From a virus, in the IMG/VR virus record IMGVR_UViG_3300024256_000001, positions 1 through 64,000 of that record: a stretch of 64,000 nt of DNA; one strand, given 5' to 3'. Every line of letters begins with the position of its first letter. Position 1 is the stretch's first letter. Both the position numbers and the translations under genes were made by a program. Below are positions 1 to 14,057 of the stretch, in pieces. The notes beneath the pieces were generated by a model that saw only the letters and a list, made by a program, of their open reading frames with translations, was not told the origin of the DNA and ran no database searches.

Positions 1-243
1 CGTCTGGGTCACGTCCCGCTTCGGGATCCGCTTCCACAGGCTGAGCTGCTTCATGGTGTAGGTGGCGCTCGCGAGCACGCTCTCGATGCTCTGCGGCACC
101 AGCGGGCTGAAGGTGCCCGTGTCGCCGGCGCTGGTGGTCGCGCCGGTCTGGTAGCCAACGCTGGCCGCCTTTCGCAACGCGGTGTTCAAGGCAACCAGAT
201 CCGCCACGGGGACGTTCTGGTTGTTGTTCGGGATGCTCATCAT
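1..243 (-). CDS. major capsid protein, N-terminal 81 codons (gene runs off the left edge)
   Basis: Own translation from ATG at 243: MMSIPNNNQNVPVADLVALNTALRKAASVGYQTGATTSAGDTGTFSPLVPQSIESV... Lies directly downstream of the protease and scaffold genes. Truncated, so absent from the ORF track. Confidence 0.55.
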   Translation of the reverse strand, partial: MMSIPNNNQNVPVADLVALNTALRKAASVGYQTGATTSAGDTGTFSPLVPQSIESVLASATYTMKQLSLWKRIPKRDVTQT

Positions 244-305
244 GATCTTGAATGTTCCTTCAGGGGCCTCCAGGCCCCGTCAACGACGCCGCAGCGCCAA
301 GCTGA

Positions 306-929
306 TCAGGACAGATTGAAGTCGGACGCCACCTGCTGCGGGTGATGCCCGGCGTTCAGCCGGTTGATCGCGGTGTTGAGCTGACCGCGCCGCTGGCCGG
401 TCGTCTCGTCGTTGGCCAGCTCGACCAGCGCCTTGTTGATCAGGTCAGGGGTGCCGGTCGGCGCGGGGGCCTCATCGGCGGGCGACGGCACGGGGCGCGC
501 GCCGCTGAGCCCACGGGGGGCCTCGGGCACGTCCAGCGCCTTCGCGATGGCCTGGGACCCGTCGCCCAGCTCGGCCACGTCGTCCCGCAGCGCGCTCAGG
601 TCGGCGCGATAGGCGCGCACTTCCTCGATCAGCGCAACCATGCCCTTCGCCATCGCGTCGTTCTGGGCGCGGAACTCGGCCAGCACGGCGTCAGCCCCCT
701 GGGTGACGGCCTCCACAATGTCGGCCGCCTCATCCATGCTCTTGGCCAGATCCTCGTCACGGTCGGCGTGCTCTCGGTCGAACGCCTCCCGCAGATCGCC
801 GAGCGCCTTGTTGAGCTGGTCGCCGCTGTCGGCATCCAAGTTGGCGAGCGCCTTGTTGATGGTGTCCTCGTCGGCCCCCGCGTCTCGGAGCGCCGCGATC
901 ATCGAATCACGGTCCATTGGTGTCTCCAT
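306..929 (-). CDS. scaffolding protein (acidic, helical)
   Basis: 207 aa, rich in D/E/A/L with long helical stretches and no enzymatic motif. Located between the prohead protease and the capsid gene. Confidence 0.5.
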   Translation of the reverse strand: METPMDRDSMIAALRDAGADEDTINKALANLDADSGDQLNKALGDLREAFDREHADRDEDLAKSMDEAADIVEAVTQGADAVLAEFRAQNDAMAKGMVALIEEVRAYRADLSALRDDVAELGDGSQAIAKALDVPEAPRGLSGARPVPSPADEAPAPTGTPDLINKALVELANDETTGQRRGQLNTAINRLNAGHHPQQVASDFNLS

Positions 930-995
930 CGGGGGTCGTCCCCGTCGTCATTGTCGGCGCGGTGCGCGCGACGGTCAAGCGTTCCTTGAGGTAGT

Positions 996-1661
996 CTACC
1001 GCAAGGTGTTGAAAACTCTACGGACGACCGACGCGCACTCGTCGTCAGTCAGCCGGGGGAACTGGCGGCGCAGCTCGGCCTCAAAGTCGGCCACAGCCGG
1101 GTTGCCGTCCAGGCTTTGCGGCACCAGCGGGCTAAAGCCCGCGTCCATGCCCGCCGCCGTCTGGTAGCCGACGGACAGCGCCTTACGCAGATCCATGCGG
1201 GCCTCGGGGTTGACCGGGTGCTCGCATACGCTGACGTTCATCACGCGCGCCTTGAGGATGCGCTTTGGGTCGGCCTTGTCCCGCTCCAGCACCTTGCCCT
1301 CAACGCTGAACCCGTAAGCGCGCTTTGCGCCACTTTTGCGCATGGCTTGGGCCGTCTCGTAGATTTCGCGGGCCTTGGGCTGGTGCAGGTACAGCAGGCC
1401 CTCCACGAGCGTCTGGTTGCCCTTGCGGATCACGCGCTCCGGCTCGCCCAGGATCAGCGGGGTGTGGTTGTAGTTGAGCAACCCGTGGTTCTGAAAGTAG
1501 CTCCAGTCCACGCCGTCCTGGGCCAGAATCTCCCCCTGGAAGTCCCGCGCCTCGGTGCTGATCACGCCCCCGATCTTGCCCATGCCGATGTTACCGAATC
1601 CCCCGTTGGGGTTGTCGGCCTTGACCAGCATTGGAGCCCAGGTCCGAAATTCGTCGCTCAC
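996..1661 (-). CDS. prohead maturation serine protease (HK97/S78-like)
   Basis: GTG start 6 nt after AAGGAGG, with a GTGA overlap onto the MuF stop. His in LLNYNHTP and Ser in YGFSVEG are spaced as in HK97-type prohead proteases. Synteny is MuF-protease-scaffold-capsid. Confidence 0.7.
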   Translation of the reverse strand: MSDEFRTWAPMLVKADNPNGGFGNIGMGKIGGVISTEARDFQGEILAQDGVDWSYFQNHGLLNYNHTPLILGEPERVIRKGNQTLVEGLLYLHQPKAREIYETAQAMRKSGAKRAYGFSVEGKVLERDKADPKRILKARVMNVSVCEHPVNPEARMDLRKALSVGYQTAAGMDAGFSPLVPQSLDGNPAVADFEAELRRQFPRLTDDECASVVRRVFNTLR

Positions 1662-2713
1662 GCCGTACCTCCTTGACGCCTGATCCTACCATCAGCGGAC
1701 ACGCTAAACCCAGGCGGGACCACGCGCGTATCACACCGGCAGTTAGGGTGAACCGGCCACGCGGTCGGTAACCAGTCGGCCGCCTTGCGCCCCACGTTGG
1801 TGCCGTTCACCAGCAGCTCACGCACGCTGAACACGCGCGGCCCGCCCTCACCGTCACGAAACAGGCGCAGACAATGGGGGCACGCGCCCGACTCAGTGAC
1901 CCGCATCACGCGGCCCGCCTCGCCGTAGTCGTCAATGGCCTGCTCGACCATCCCCAGGTTGTGCGCGCCCTGTAGCTCGGTAGCCGCGATGCGCGACCAG
2001 TTGTGCGAGTAGTAGCCGGTCGCGTCTGCCAGATCGCGCGCTAGCTTCTCCTTGTCGCGGTCGGTGAGGATGCTGTGGGCCGTGCGCTCTCGGATGATGG
2101 CCTGCATGGTCGCGCGCTGATCCGGCTCAACCTCTTGCTCAATCCGCTCGCCGTCCCAGACCTCATAGACGGCGCTGCTCGCATCGTCGGCGTAGGTGTT
2201 GCCCAGGCCCCGGCAGTACGCGCCAGCCCGGCCGACGGCGTGCTTGTAGCTGGCCGCCTCGTGCGGCCCCATCCACGCGGGCGCGCCGTCAGGCTCCACC
2301 ACGGGGGCGGGGGGCTCGGGCAAGCTGGTGCCCACCTCGATGCGCCCCCCCAGCTCCAGACCCATCTGAACAGGGGCCTCTGCCAGCTCGCGCGCCATGT
2401 GAGGGTCCCAATCCCCCAGCGACCACTCGCGCGCGGCTAGCGCGTCGTCCTCGCCCAGCTTGTCGTATGCGCGACCCAACAGCCGCAAGTAAGCGAAGGG
2501 GTCAAGGGTCGCGCCCGCCTCCCCGACGGGGATCTGAACGCCACCGATGCGATCCACGTCCAGCGCGCCCGACTCCAGAAGCGCCTGGATGCGGTCAGGC
2601 GGCACGGGCGCATGCTCGACGCCGAACAGCTCGATCAAGAAAGCATCGTGGAAGTCCACGATCAGATCGCGCACCACCTTGGCGAGCACGTCACGCACTA
2701 CGCACAGCCTCAT
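1658..2713 (-). CDS. head morphogenesis protein, Mu F / SPP1 gp7 family
   Basis: C-terminal WPVHPNCRCDTRVVP carries the HPNCRC signature of the MuF family. The track N-terminus (to 2803) overlaps the upstream ORF, so the start is set at ATG 2713; GTG 2698 or 2689 are also possible. Confidence 0.7.
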   Translation of the reverse strand: MRLCVVRDVLAKVVRDLIVDFHDAFLIELFGVEHAPVPPDRIQALLESGALDVDRIGGVQIPVGEAGATLDPFAYLRLLGRAYDKLGEDDALAAREWSLGDWDPHMARELAEAPVQMGLELGGRIEVGTSLPEPPAPVVEPDGAPAWMGPHEAASYKHAVGRAGAYCRGLGNTYADDASSAVYEVWDGERIEQEVEPDQRATMQAIIRERTAHSILTDRDKEKLARDLADATGYYSHNWSRIAATELQGAHNLGMVEQAIDDYGEAGRVMRVTESGACPHCLRLFRDGEGGPRVFSVRELLVNGTNVGRKAADWLPTAWPVHPNCRCDTRVVPPGFSVSADGRIRRQGGTA

Positions 2714-3017
2714 CCAGCCGCGCCAGCAGCCGCGCCTGCATCGCGTCGTATGCGCCAGCCACGCGCCCCGCGACGTGCGCCACCGCATCCAGTTCGCCAC
2801 CACGCGCCGGTAGCGCCTTCGCCAGCTGGGCGCAGCGGGTCAGCTCGCGCTCTGCGTCCAACAGGGCCGGTAGACGCCCCCGCAGCGCCGCCGCTGCGTC
2901 AGCGTGCCCCAGGGCCTCCAGCGCCTTGCACAACCCCTCCTGGGCGCGCTGGGTGACCTCTGCGGGCGTCAGGTCGGCCAGCTCCCCCGCTCGGCTCTCG
3001 GTCAGCTCAAGCCGCAT
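2691..3017 (-). CDS. hypothetical protein
   Basis: 108 aa, A/L/E-rich and helical. TAATG overlap with the stop of the 1075-aa gene. Third codon positions are G/C-rich as expected for coding sequence. Confidence 0.4.
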   Translation of the reverse strand: MRLELTESRAGELADLTPAEVTQRAQEGLCKALEALGHADAAAALRGRLPALLDAERELTRCAQLAKALPARGGELDAVAHVAGRVAGAYDAMQARLLARLDEAVRSA

Positions 3018-6000
3018 TAGAACAGCCCCCCTTGTGACGCCGCCGCGTCAGCCTCTTCGCGCTCGCCAGCCGCCACCGCATCAGCCGCCGCCTTGCTGGC
3101 CGCCGCCGCCGCTGCCTTGTCTGCATCGCTGCCGCTCTCGTGCGCCTTGCGGTGAGCCTTGGCCGCCGCCGTGTGTGCGTCCTGGGCGCGCTCCTTGGTG
3201 CTCGTCCACTTGTCGCCCCCCCACCGCTCGGGCAGGCCCTCGGCCTCGGCCTCGTGCTTGTCAGCCTCGCTGGCGTGGTCGGTGGCGGGGCCTGCCTTCT
3301 TGGCCGCCGCTGCCGCCTTGGTGGCCTTAACGTGCTTCTCCCGATCTGCTGCCGCCTTGGCCTGGGCCGCGTCCTCATCGGCCGCAGACCCGAACGCCTC
3401 TTCAAAAATCGTGTCGGCGCGCTTCTTGTCGTAGAACGCCAGCGGCTCCGCGCCCGGCTCCTGCTTGTGCGCCTGCTCGGCGTACTTGCGGAACACCTTG
3501 GCGAGCTGGACGGGGCCGCCTTGGTGGATCAGCGCGTTCAGGATCGCAGTCGCGCGCGCGTTCGGCCCCTGGGCAGGGTGCAGCCCCGTGGCCATCTTGC
3601 CGTCAACCTCGCGCGCCTTCACGTTGCGCTGCCACGCCTCCAGGCTGGCCGCGCGCCCCTTCTTGCCCTTGGGCAACCCGTACTTGTCCTGAATCTCGAC
3701 CACGGCGTCCAGCGCGTGCGCCAAGTCCTCTTTGACGCCGTAGTCAGCCCCCGCGCCCTCGGCCTGCACCATGTACGGGACCGCGCGCGCCAAGGACTCC
3801 ATGATGCTCTGCGGGACCTCGCTCAGCAGGTCCGCATCAGGCACCATCGACCCCACCAACACGTTCTCTACCAGGGCTACGCCGTTCTGATTCAGCCGCC
3901 CATTCTTCATGTATGCGTTTTGATTGGCCGCGCTGATCACGCCCGCCCGCTTGAGCTGGTTGACGAATCCCTCCGCGCCCTTGCCGCGCAGGTAGGCCGC
4001 CAGCGTCTCGTCAGCGCCCATGCTGGTGCCCAGCTCGGCCAACACCTTGCTGTCCATGCGCCGCGCCTGGGCCACCGCCATCGTGCGCGGGTCCATAGCC
4101 TGCGTCATGCTCTCGTTGAGCTGGCGCACGAGTAGCTGCTTGTGGGCGTCGTCGCGCGGCTGCACCTTGCGGACCAGAACGGGAGCCTTCATGGCGTCCA
4201 CGTCGTCAGGCTTGAAACCGAACTGCCGCGCGTTGTCCTTGAGGTAGCCCTTGAGATCAGCCGCCTTCGCGCCGCCCTGCCGGTAAGCCCGTTTCATGCT
4301 CATGCCGCGACTGTTGCCGCCCAGCACCACCCCGTTCTCATCCACGATTGGCGCGCCGTTGGTGGCGTCTGGGTTGGTGTTGATCACCAGATCGGGGCGC
4401 AGGTTCTCAGCGTTGCCGATCACCTTCAGCTGCTCGGCCTTGTCGCGATGATAGGCCCGTTCGTTGCCGACGTTGTGCCGTGCGTCCTTGCTGAAGGTGG
4501 CCGGGTCGTGAGACGTGATCACGTCGTCGGCATCCATCAGCACCCACTCAGCGCCCATCGGCTCAGGCTGGCCAAACTCGCCCGCGACGTAGACCGTCGT
4601 GTGTGCGCCCTTTTTGGTGGGCTCGGTGCGCGGGGCGACGGATTGCAGCCCGCCCAGGAAGACGCGCAGCTGGTTCATGGCCGGGTCGTCCCGCATGCCG
4701 GGGTATGCCTGGGCCATCGCCTGCAACTGGCCGATCATGTGCGCCGCCCGCACCTTGGCCAGCGCCTCCGCGCTCATCTTGGCATCCATAGCCAACGGCT
4801 GCTGCTCAGCGTCGGGGCCTGGGGTCAGGGCCAGCTTGAGCACTTCACGCAGGTGCGCGATCTCGGACGTGGCTCGGTTGACCACACGCTCCATCGCCGC
4901 AACGGACCGGGGCAGGTGGATCGCCGCAGCAACGTGCTTTGTATCCACCGCCTCCGCGCCGTCAGCCTTGGCCAGATTCTCAGCAGCTCGGGACAGCTTG
5001 CGGTAGTTGCGCGCGACCCAGGCCGTCTCACGGTCCAGCATCGACCCGATCAAGGTCTGCCGCGCGCCGTCCGTCCAACCCTTGCGCTCCAGGGTCCAGC
5101 GGATCGCGCGCTTGGCGTCGTCGGCGTTCACGCCAGCGCGCCCCAGCGCCTTCTCCAGCTTGGCGTGGACCTCGGGCAGCCGCTTGGCCATATCGGCAAA
5201 ACGCTGGCTGTCGGTGTCGCCTTTCAGCTCGCTCAGCAGCTCCGCAGGCACATGCTTTAGCACCGCACCCGCGTACTGCCTTGCGCGCTTCTCGGCCCAC
5301 TCGTAGAAGCGGGACCCGTAGTGCTCGGCGAGCATCTGCGTCCACTCGTCGTGGCTGACGGTCTTCTTTTTGCCGTCGTCGCCCTCGATGGTCAGGCCCT
5401 CGCTGTGGACCTTGTGAACCTTGATCTTCTTGCCGCCCAGGTTGACCTCTTCGCCCTCCTGGGCGCTGCGCGCGCTGCTGCTCTCCGCGTAGTAGTAGCG
5501 CCAGCCGCCGCCCGGCTTGGGCACGCGCCGAACGTACTTGTGCGAGCCCGCTTGCTGCCCCTTGATGGCCTTGGCGAGCATGGCGCTGAACGCGCCGTGA
5601 GCCTTGCCGAACAAGCCCAGCTGTTGCTGGGGTTCGGCCTGCTTCTTGCGCTCGCTCTGGCGCTCAAACAGCCCTTGCTGGGCGCTGTCGGCCTTGGGCT
5701 TGCGCCGGGCCTTGGCCGTGGCGGGGGCCTCGCCGCGCCGCCCCACCAGCGTGCGCCCAGCCCCGTCCGCCTGGACGTGGTAGCCCGCCGCCTTGAGCCG
5801 CCGCACCACCTTCTCATTGTGGCCGCGCTCAACGGCGTGCAGCTTGTCCACTTCCTCGGGGCTCAGGTGCGCCTTGGGCTTGCCCGTGTGATCCCGATGG
5901 TGCGACTCAATGTGCTTGACCTCTACCAGCGTGGCGCTGTGCTGCCGGACGTGGACGCCGCTCGCCCCACCCTTGCTCGGGGTGGCGTGCCTGCCCTCGC

Positions 6001-6244
6001 TGTGACCGTGCGCCCGTAGGTGGCGCGCCAGCTCCCCCTGCTCGATGCGCCGCAACGGTGCCTTGCGGTTGCTGCCCTCGTCGGCCGCGCCCAGGATGCT
6101 GGTCTGCCGGTGCTCCAGGCCGCTCGCCGCGTGCCAAGGGATCGTGTGCGCCGCGTCGGCCCACTTGCCGTTTTTGGGGCCAATGAACGGACCTTGCTGG
6201 GCCTTGGCGATCACGTCTCGCAGGGTCAGGTCACGCACCGACAC
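3017..6244 (-). CDS. large polyvalent-type protein with central ParB-like (DdrB-type) domain
   Basis: 1075 aa, GTG start 6 nt after AAGGAGG. The region VITSHDP...ENGVVLGGNSRGMSMKRAY (about 4085-4552) resembles ParB/Srx-fold GxxR domains. Carries the shared modules WADAAHTIPW and SHKYVRRVPKPGGGWRYYY, plus QQGLF, QLGLF and a C-terminal QGGLF. Confidence 0.6.
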   Translation of the reverse strand: MSVRDLTLRDVIAKAQQGPFIGPKNGKWADAAHTIPWHAASGLEHRQTSILGAADEGSNRKAPLRRIEQGELARHLRAHGHSEGRHATPSKGGASGVHVRQHSATLVEVKHIESHHRDHTGKPKAHLSPEEVDKLHAVERGHNEKVVRRLKAAGYHVQADGAGRTLVGRRGEAPATAKARRKPKADSAQQGLFERQSERKKQAEPQQQLGLFGKAHGAFSAMLAKAIKGQQAGSHKYVRRVPKPGGGWRYYYAESSSARSAQEGEEVNLGGKKIKVHKVHSEGLTIEGDDGKKKTVSHDEWTQMLAEHYGSRFYEWAEKRARQYAGAVLKHVPAELLSELKGDTDSQRFADMAKRLPEVHAKLEKALGRAGVNADDAKRAIRWTLERKGWTDGARQTLIGSMLDRETAWVARNYRKLSRAAENLAKADGAEAVDTKHVAAAIHLPRSVAAMERVVNRATSEIAHLREVLKLALTPGPDAEQQPLAMDAKMSAEALAKVRAAHMIGQLQAMAQAYPGMRDDPAMNQLRVFLGGLQSVAPRTEPTKKGAHTTVYVAGEFGQPEPMGAEWVLMDADDVITSHDPATFSKDARHNVGNERAYHRDKAEQLKVIGNAENLRPDLVINTNPDATNGAPIVDENGVVLGGNSRGMSMKRAYRQGGAKAADLKGYLKDNARQFGFKPDDVDAMKAPVLVRKVQPRDDAHKQLLVRQLNESMTQAMDPRTMAVAQARRMDSKVLAELGTSMGADETLAAYLRGKGAEGFVNQLKRAGVISAANQNAYMKNGRLNQNGVALVENVLVGSMVPDADLLSEVPQSIMESLARAVPYMVQAEGAGADYGVKEDLAHALDAVVEIQDKYGLPKGKKGRAASLEAWQRNVKAREVDGKMATGLHPAQGPNARATAILNALIHQGGPVQLAKVFRKYAEQAHKQEPGAEPLAFYDKKRADTIFEEAFGSAADEDAAQAKAAADREKHVKATKAAAAAKKAGPATDHASEADKHEAEAEGLPERWGGDKWTSTKERAQDAHTAAAKAHRKAHESGSDADKAAAAAASKAAADAVAAGEREEADAAASQGGLF

Positions 6245-6415
6245 GGGTCACCTCCTTGCGCAGCCACTCGGGAACACGGCCACCGTCAGCGCGCAGATGA
6301 TCGTACAGCTCCCGGCACAAGCGCGCACGCGGAACGATGCCGGGCTCGGGGCGGATCAGCCCGCCGACGGGGCATAACATCTTGATCAGGTTAGTGGCCT
6401 GGGTGGGCGTCATGC

Positions 6416-6419
<4 letters not shown>
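6231..6419 (-). CDS. hypothetical small protein
   Basis: 62 aa. ATGA overlap with the stop of the SNF2 gene, and overlaps the start of the next gene by 14 nt. Confidence 0.45.
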
Positions 6420-10008
<3,589 letters not shown>

Positions 10009-10009
<1 letters not shown>

Positions 10010-12363
10010 TACCGCTCCTGTCGGTCGGGGCTCCCGTGTTCCTCATAGTCGAGGTTGAAAGCCCGCGCCATGATAGCCGATGCCGTGCTGCCTGCGTAGG
10101 CGTCAGGATAGGCCAGCGCCCCGCAGTAGTAGCTGTCTGTATCCGTGTCCAGCTGGATCACAGACCCACTGGGCCGGTAGTCGTATTGTACAGCTGTGAC
10201 CTTGTGGCCTGCCGCACGCAGCCGCCCCAGGTTGACGTGTAGCGCCGTGTGGAGTGTGTGTGCGCCCAGGTCCCCGCCGCTGCTCTTAGCGAGCCGCTGG
10301 GGTGCTCTGGGCTCGCCGATGGCCACTAGCCCCAGGTCACCGCGCGCCTTGCTCCTGTGGTCGCGTAGCGCGTCAGCCACAGCGGCGAAACTCTTGGGCT
10401 GCCCGGCGAGGCTGGCGTATGCGGGGTGTGCGCCTTCCTCAGAGCCCTTTGCGTACTTGCCCATCTGATAGGTGAAGCCCGTCCGCTTCTCCAGCTCCAC
10501 ATACTGCTGAAACAGGTCAGGGTTGTGGGTCGCCGCCGTCAGCAGATCGTGCCCGTCCGCGAAGACGCAGAACACGCAGGACAGCCGCCGCATGCCCAGG
10601 TCATAGGCTGCGTGGTGAGGCACGCCGCTGGCCTTGATGTTGTCCCAAACCTGTTCTTCGGTCCACCCGCTGATCGGCAGCCAGTCGTCCACCTCTCGCG
10701 CGCCGCTGCTGGCGTCTGATCGGTCAAAAACCAGCTTGTTAGCGCGCTCGGTGCTCTCCTGGGCGCGAAGCCCCATCGCGTTGAGGATGCGCGGCTTATG
10801 ACCCTTGCCGTTCTTGGCCTTGGCCTGCTTCGCCAGCGCCGTCATCAGCTTGCGAATGTCGGCGCGCTTGTGCTCGGACGTGCAGAACCGTGACCCGCTG
10901 TCAGGCCACGGGTTAGGCGCGCCCCAGCTAAGGGTTTCGGCGGGGTCTTTGTCTTTGCGCTTTCGTGCTGCGCTCTCCAGCAGGTACGCGGCGCGCTGCT
11001 TCCGGCTCACCGTCTCAGCCAAGCTGGGGGATGCGTCCAGTGACCCCTGCGGTGGGTGCGTGGGCAGGTGCTCGGGCAGCTTGGCAGCCAGCGCCGCCAC
11101 AGCCGCCCCCATCTCTGCCTTGTAGCGTTTGCTCTCGGCCGCGCGCTTGTCTGCCTTGGGCGCTGGCAGTAGATCGAACAGGTCGCCCCATGTGCCCAGG
11201 CCCGCCACCGTCGTGTCCTCGATGCGCCCCTGGAGCTGGTAGTAGCGGACCTCAATGTGCTGTAGCAGGTCGTTTTTCTGACGCTGCACAACCTCCATGC
11301 GGATCCCGTAGTGGTCGCTCTGCTGCTGGGCTAGCTCTTTGGTGCCCTCCCACTCAACGCGGCCCAGGTCGGCGTGGACGGCCACGATCTTGCTTCGGTC
11401 GATGCCCTGCTGATCGGCCAGCTCCATGACCCGATCCATCATCGCCTGCGAGTCCTTGCCGCCCGACGTGTTGATCAAGATGGTGTCGTAGCTGCCCAGG
11501 TCCGGCACCCAATCGGGGTGGTCGGTGGGGTGGATGGCCTTAGCGACTGCCTTCTTGCTCTTGCCCCGGAGCTGGGCCGTGGTGAACAGCGCATCCGAGA
11601 TCCTGCGGTCGCCCAGCAGATCAGCCAGCGTGTCCCGCCCAGCCGCCAGCACGTCAGCGTAGGTGTGCAGGCCCGCCGCGCTCAACGTCGGTAGGTCACG
11701 CTCCCAGGTGCGGTCTAGCTTGCTGTAGGGCTGCACCACGACGGGGCGCGGGCGCGCTGGCAGGTGCTCCAGCCCATCGGGCTTGATCTGGAGTAGGGCG
11801 CGAACCTCGGGCGCGTCGAAGTAGTCATATCGCGCCGCGCGTGCCGCCAGCCGCTCCCGCTGGCGCGCCGTGCCGCTCTTGCCGCCAGCGGTCAGGTCAG
11901 CCAGCAGCCGCGCCCGGTGCTGGTCGATGGCCTCCGCGTGGTAGCCGTGCAACCGTCGCCGCAGCTCATCCCGACTCAGGTGCTCCAGGGCTCCCGTCTC
12001 ATCGTGGCGCACCAGCACTTTGCCGCCGTGCTCGGCCACTACCTCAAGATGCCCGTCTTTGTGGCGGAACTTGGCCCCCTGCACCAGCTCGTCAGCGTGC
12101 GCCAGCCCGCGCCCGCCGCCCACCCCGTAGAAGTAGCGCCAGCCGCCGCCCGGCTTGGGCACGCGCCGCAGGTACTTGTGCGACCGGGCCTTAGCCAACA
12201 GCGTCCGAAACGCGGAGCTGGGCAGGTCGGCGCGCTCACACTTGGCCAGCCGGTCCATGATGCGCGTGATCTGCGTCTGGTGATGGTCCCCGCGCGGGGT
12301 GCCCCTGTGCCAGTCCAGCAGCATGCGCTGGCGATCCAGCTCGGCCAGGATGCGCGTCAGCAT
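10009..12363 (-). CDS. PP-loop ATPase / PAPS-reductase-like (IbrA/DndC-like) domain protein
   Basis: 784 aa. PP-loop ILINTSGGKDSQ, then SRFCTSEHKR and SCVFCVF, as in PAPS-reductase-fold enzymes (about 10459-11490). The N-terminus has SHKYLRRVPKPGGGWRYFY followed by a small beta-rich segment. Confidence 0.65.
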
Positions 12364-14057
12364 TCGATCACCACAGCTTTCTTGATCGGCTCGTCGTCCT
12401 CGTCGTCCTCGTCGTCCTCGTCGTCCTCGTCGTCCTCGTCGTCCTCGTCGGGCTCGTCGTCGCCGCCTTGCCCCCCGAACAAAGCGTCAAGGTCCACGTC
12501 GTCCTCGGGCATATCGAACTGTTCTTCGCCCTCGCCCTCCTGGGGCTCGCCCTCGCCCTCCTGGGGCTCGCCTTCACCATCCTCGCCGCCCTCGGCCATC
12601 TGCTGCTGCTGTAGCAGCTGGGTGGCCGTGTTGAGGTAGCTGGAGTCCAGAATCAGATCGGCCGTGCCGCCGTCGACCTCTTTGGGGATCGGCTTTAGGT
12701 CGTAGCGGGATCGGATCTCGTTGGGCGTCATAAACGCCTTCAGCTTCTTGAGATCCGACTCAAGCGCAGCCTCTTGCCGGGCGTGATCCAGGCCGACAAA
12801 GACCAGCTCATAGTCAGGGTCAATCTGCGATACGACGCCGCGATTCAGCCACACTTGCAGCGCGCGCAGAAGCGGGCGCAGACCCTTCTCCTTGCTCGCA
12901 ACGATCCGCCCCTCGGGGCCTTGCTGCGTCAGCGCGCCGGACTGCCCCTCTGCCCCGTAGATGAAGCCCAGCTCCGCAGGGTCGATCTGGTAGATGGCGC
13001 ATGCGATCTTCTGTAGGTAGGCCATCCACTCCTTGAACTCCATTTCACGGTTGGACTGGCTCAGGTTGACCGCCTGCAATTCCTCCTTGCTGTCGGGGTC
13101 GAGCTGGATGATCGGGGTCTTCTTGGCGTTGTAGGCCCCGCTCATCATGCTGTAGAACTCGCGCCTAAACGCGCGGAACAGCTTGGGATTCATCTTGCTC
13201 TTGAGTGCAAGAATCCCGGCCGCATGCATGCCGTGGGTGAAGTTGTTGGCGTTGTACGTCTCCGCGTGCAGCAGAGACGTGGTGACCCTGATCAGGTCCT
13301 CCAGCTCGGGGCAGCCGTAGCCCGCAACGTGGATGTTGCTCCTGGGCCGCCGCACGCCGAACACGAAATCCCTAGCGGACCACTCGGCCACCACGTCGTC
13401 CGCGACGACCTGCACAAAGGCCACCGTCTCGTCCTTGACCCGCTGGCCTGCCTTGCGCTCTTTCTCGGTGGGTACGGCGCGCCGGATCGTGGAACTGTCG
13501 ACCGGGACAAAGCCAGCCAGATCCTTACCGCGCGTCCGCACCAGCTCAAAGCAACCCTGGTCATAGGTCAGCGAGTCCCGCGTCAGCATGCGCAGGAACC
13601 CCTCTAGGTTCAGCTCGTAGCCGATCCGCTCATCGCCGCAGCTCAGCATCCAATCCGTGATCTCGCGCGCTCGCTTCTGCTGCTTCTTGCTGGCCTTGGC
13701 CTCCCGGTCCCGCAGCCGGATCTGAAACCCTAGCTCGCCGTCCTGCGTGGCTGGCCACGCAAACTCCGCGACCTGATTGATCCGGGTCTGGATGATCGCG
13801 CCGATGGTGGGCACGCGCGACATATGCGCCAGCGTGCTGTAGGTCAGCCCCGCCGTGCCAAGGTGCTGGTGCCCCAGGGTGGCCTCATCCCCTGCTGACG
13901 TGAATACGTCGTGGGGGTCAAGGTCGTGCGCAAGGGGCAGCGGGGCCTTGCCCTTGCTGGGCGTGAGGCTCTGGGCCTTGGCCAGCTCTTGCGCCATCAG
14001 GACGGCCTGGGCCTGGGCGGGGTCGTCCAGCCGCAACACTCTGCGCCACCAGCTCAT
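12357..14057 (-). CDS. portal protein
   Basis: 566 aa. Portal-like core ...MEFKEWMAYLQKIACAIYQIDPAELGFIYG... with an acidic C-terminal tail (GEGEPQE x2, then a DED repeat). Coupled to both neighbours (TGATG upstream, ATGCTGA downstream). Confidence 0.65.
   Translation of the reverse strand: MSWWRRVLRLDDPAQAQAVLMAQELAKAQSLTPSKGKAPLPLAHDLDPHDVFTSAGDEATLGHQHLGTAGLTYSTLAHMSRVPTIGAIIQTRINQVAEFAWPATQDGELGFQIRLRDREAKASKKQQKRAREITDWMLSCGDERIGYELNLEGFLRMLTRDSLTYDQGCFELVRTRGKDLAGFVPVDSSTIRRAVPTEKERKAGQRVKDETVAFVQVVADDVVAEWSARDFVFGVRRPRSNIHVAGYGCPELEDLIRVTTSLLHAETYNANNFTHGMHAAGILALKSKMNPKLFRAFRREFYSMMSGAYNAKKTPIIQLDPDSKEELQAVNLSQSNREMEFKEWMAYLQKIACAIYQIDPAELGFIYGAEGQSGALTQQGPEGRIVASKEKGLRPLLRALQVWLNRGVVSQIDPDYELVFVGLDHARQEAALESDLKKLKAFMTPNEIRSRYDLKPIPKEVDGGTADLILDSSYLNTATQLLQQQQMAEGGEDGEGEPQEGEGEPQEGEGEEQFDMPEDDVDLDALFGGQGGDDEPDEDDEDDEDDEDDEDDEDDEPIKKAVVIEC
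12391..12450. repeat. tandem 9-nt repeat in the portal 3' end
   Basis: (TCGTCGTCC)6 plus a partial unit, encoding DEDDEDDED... Confidence 0.9.

Noticed and set aside
2467-3330. Long plus-strand ORFs antisense to the minus-strand structural block (for example 2467-3330, 4142-5260, 15180-16340, 23464-24390, 25243-26226, 28165-29445, 34592-36046, 58809-59681, 60134-60952, 62015-63034)
   Set aside because: Their translations are R/P/A/G/S-rich low-complexity strings, typical of open antisense frames in high-G+C DNA. They lack RBS or start context. Each is fully overlapped by an ORF with recognisable motifs on the other strand.
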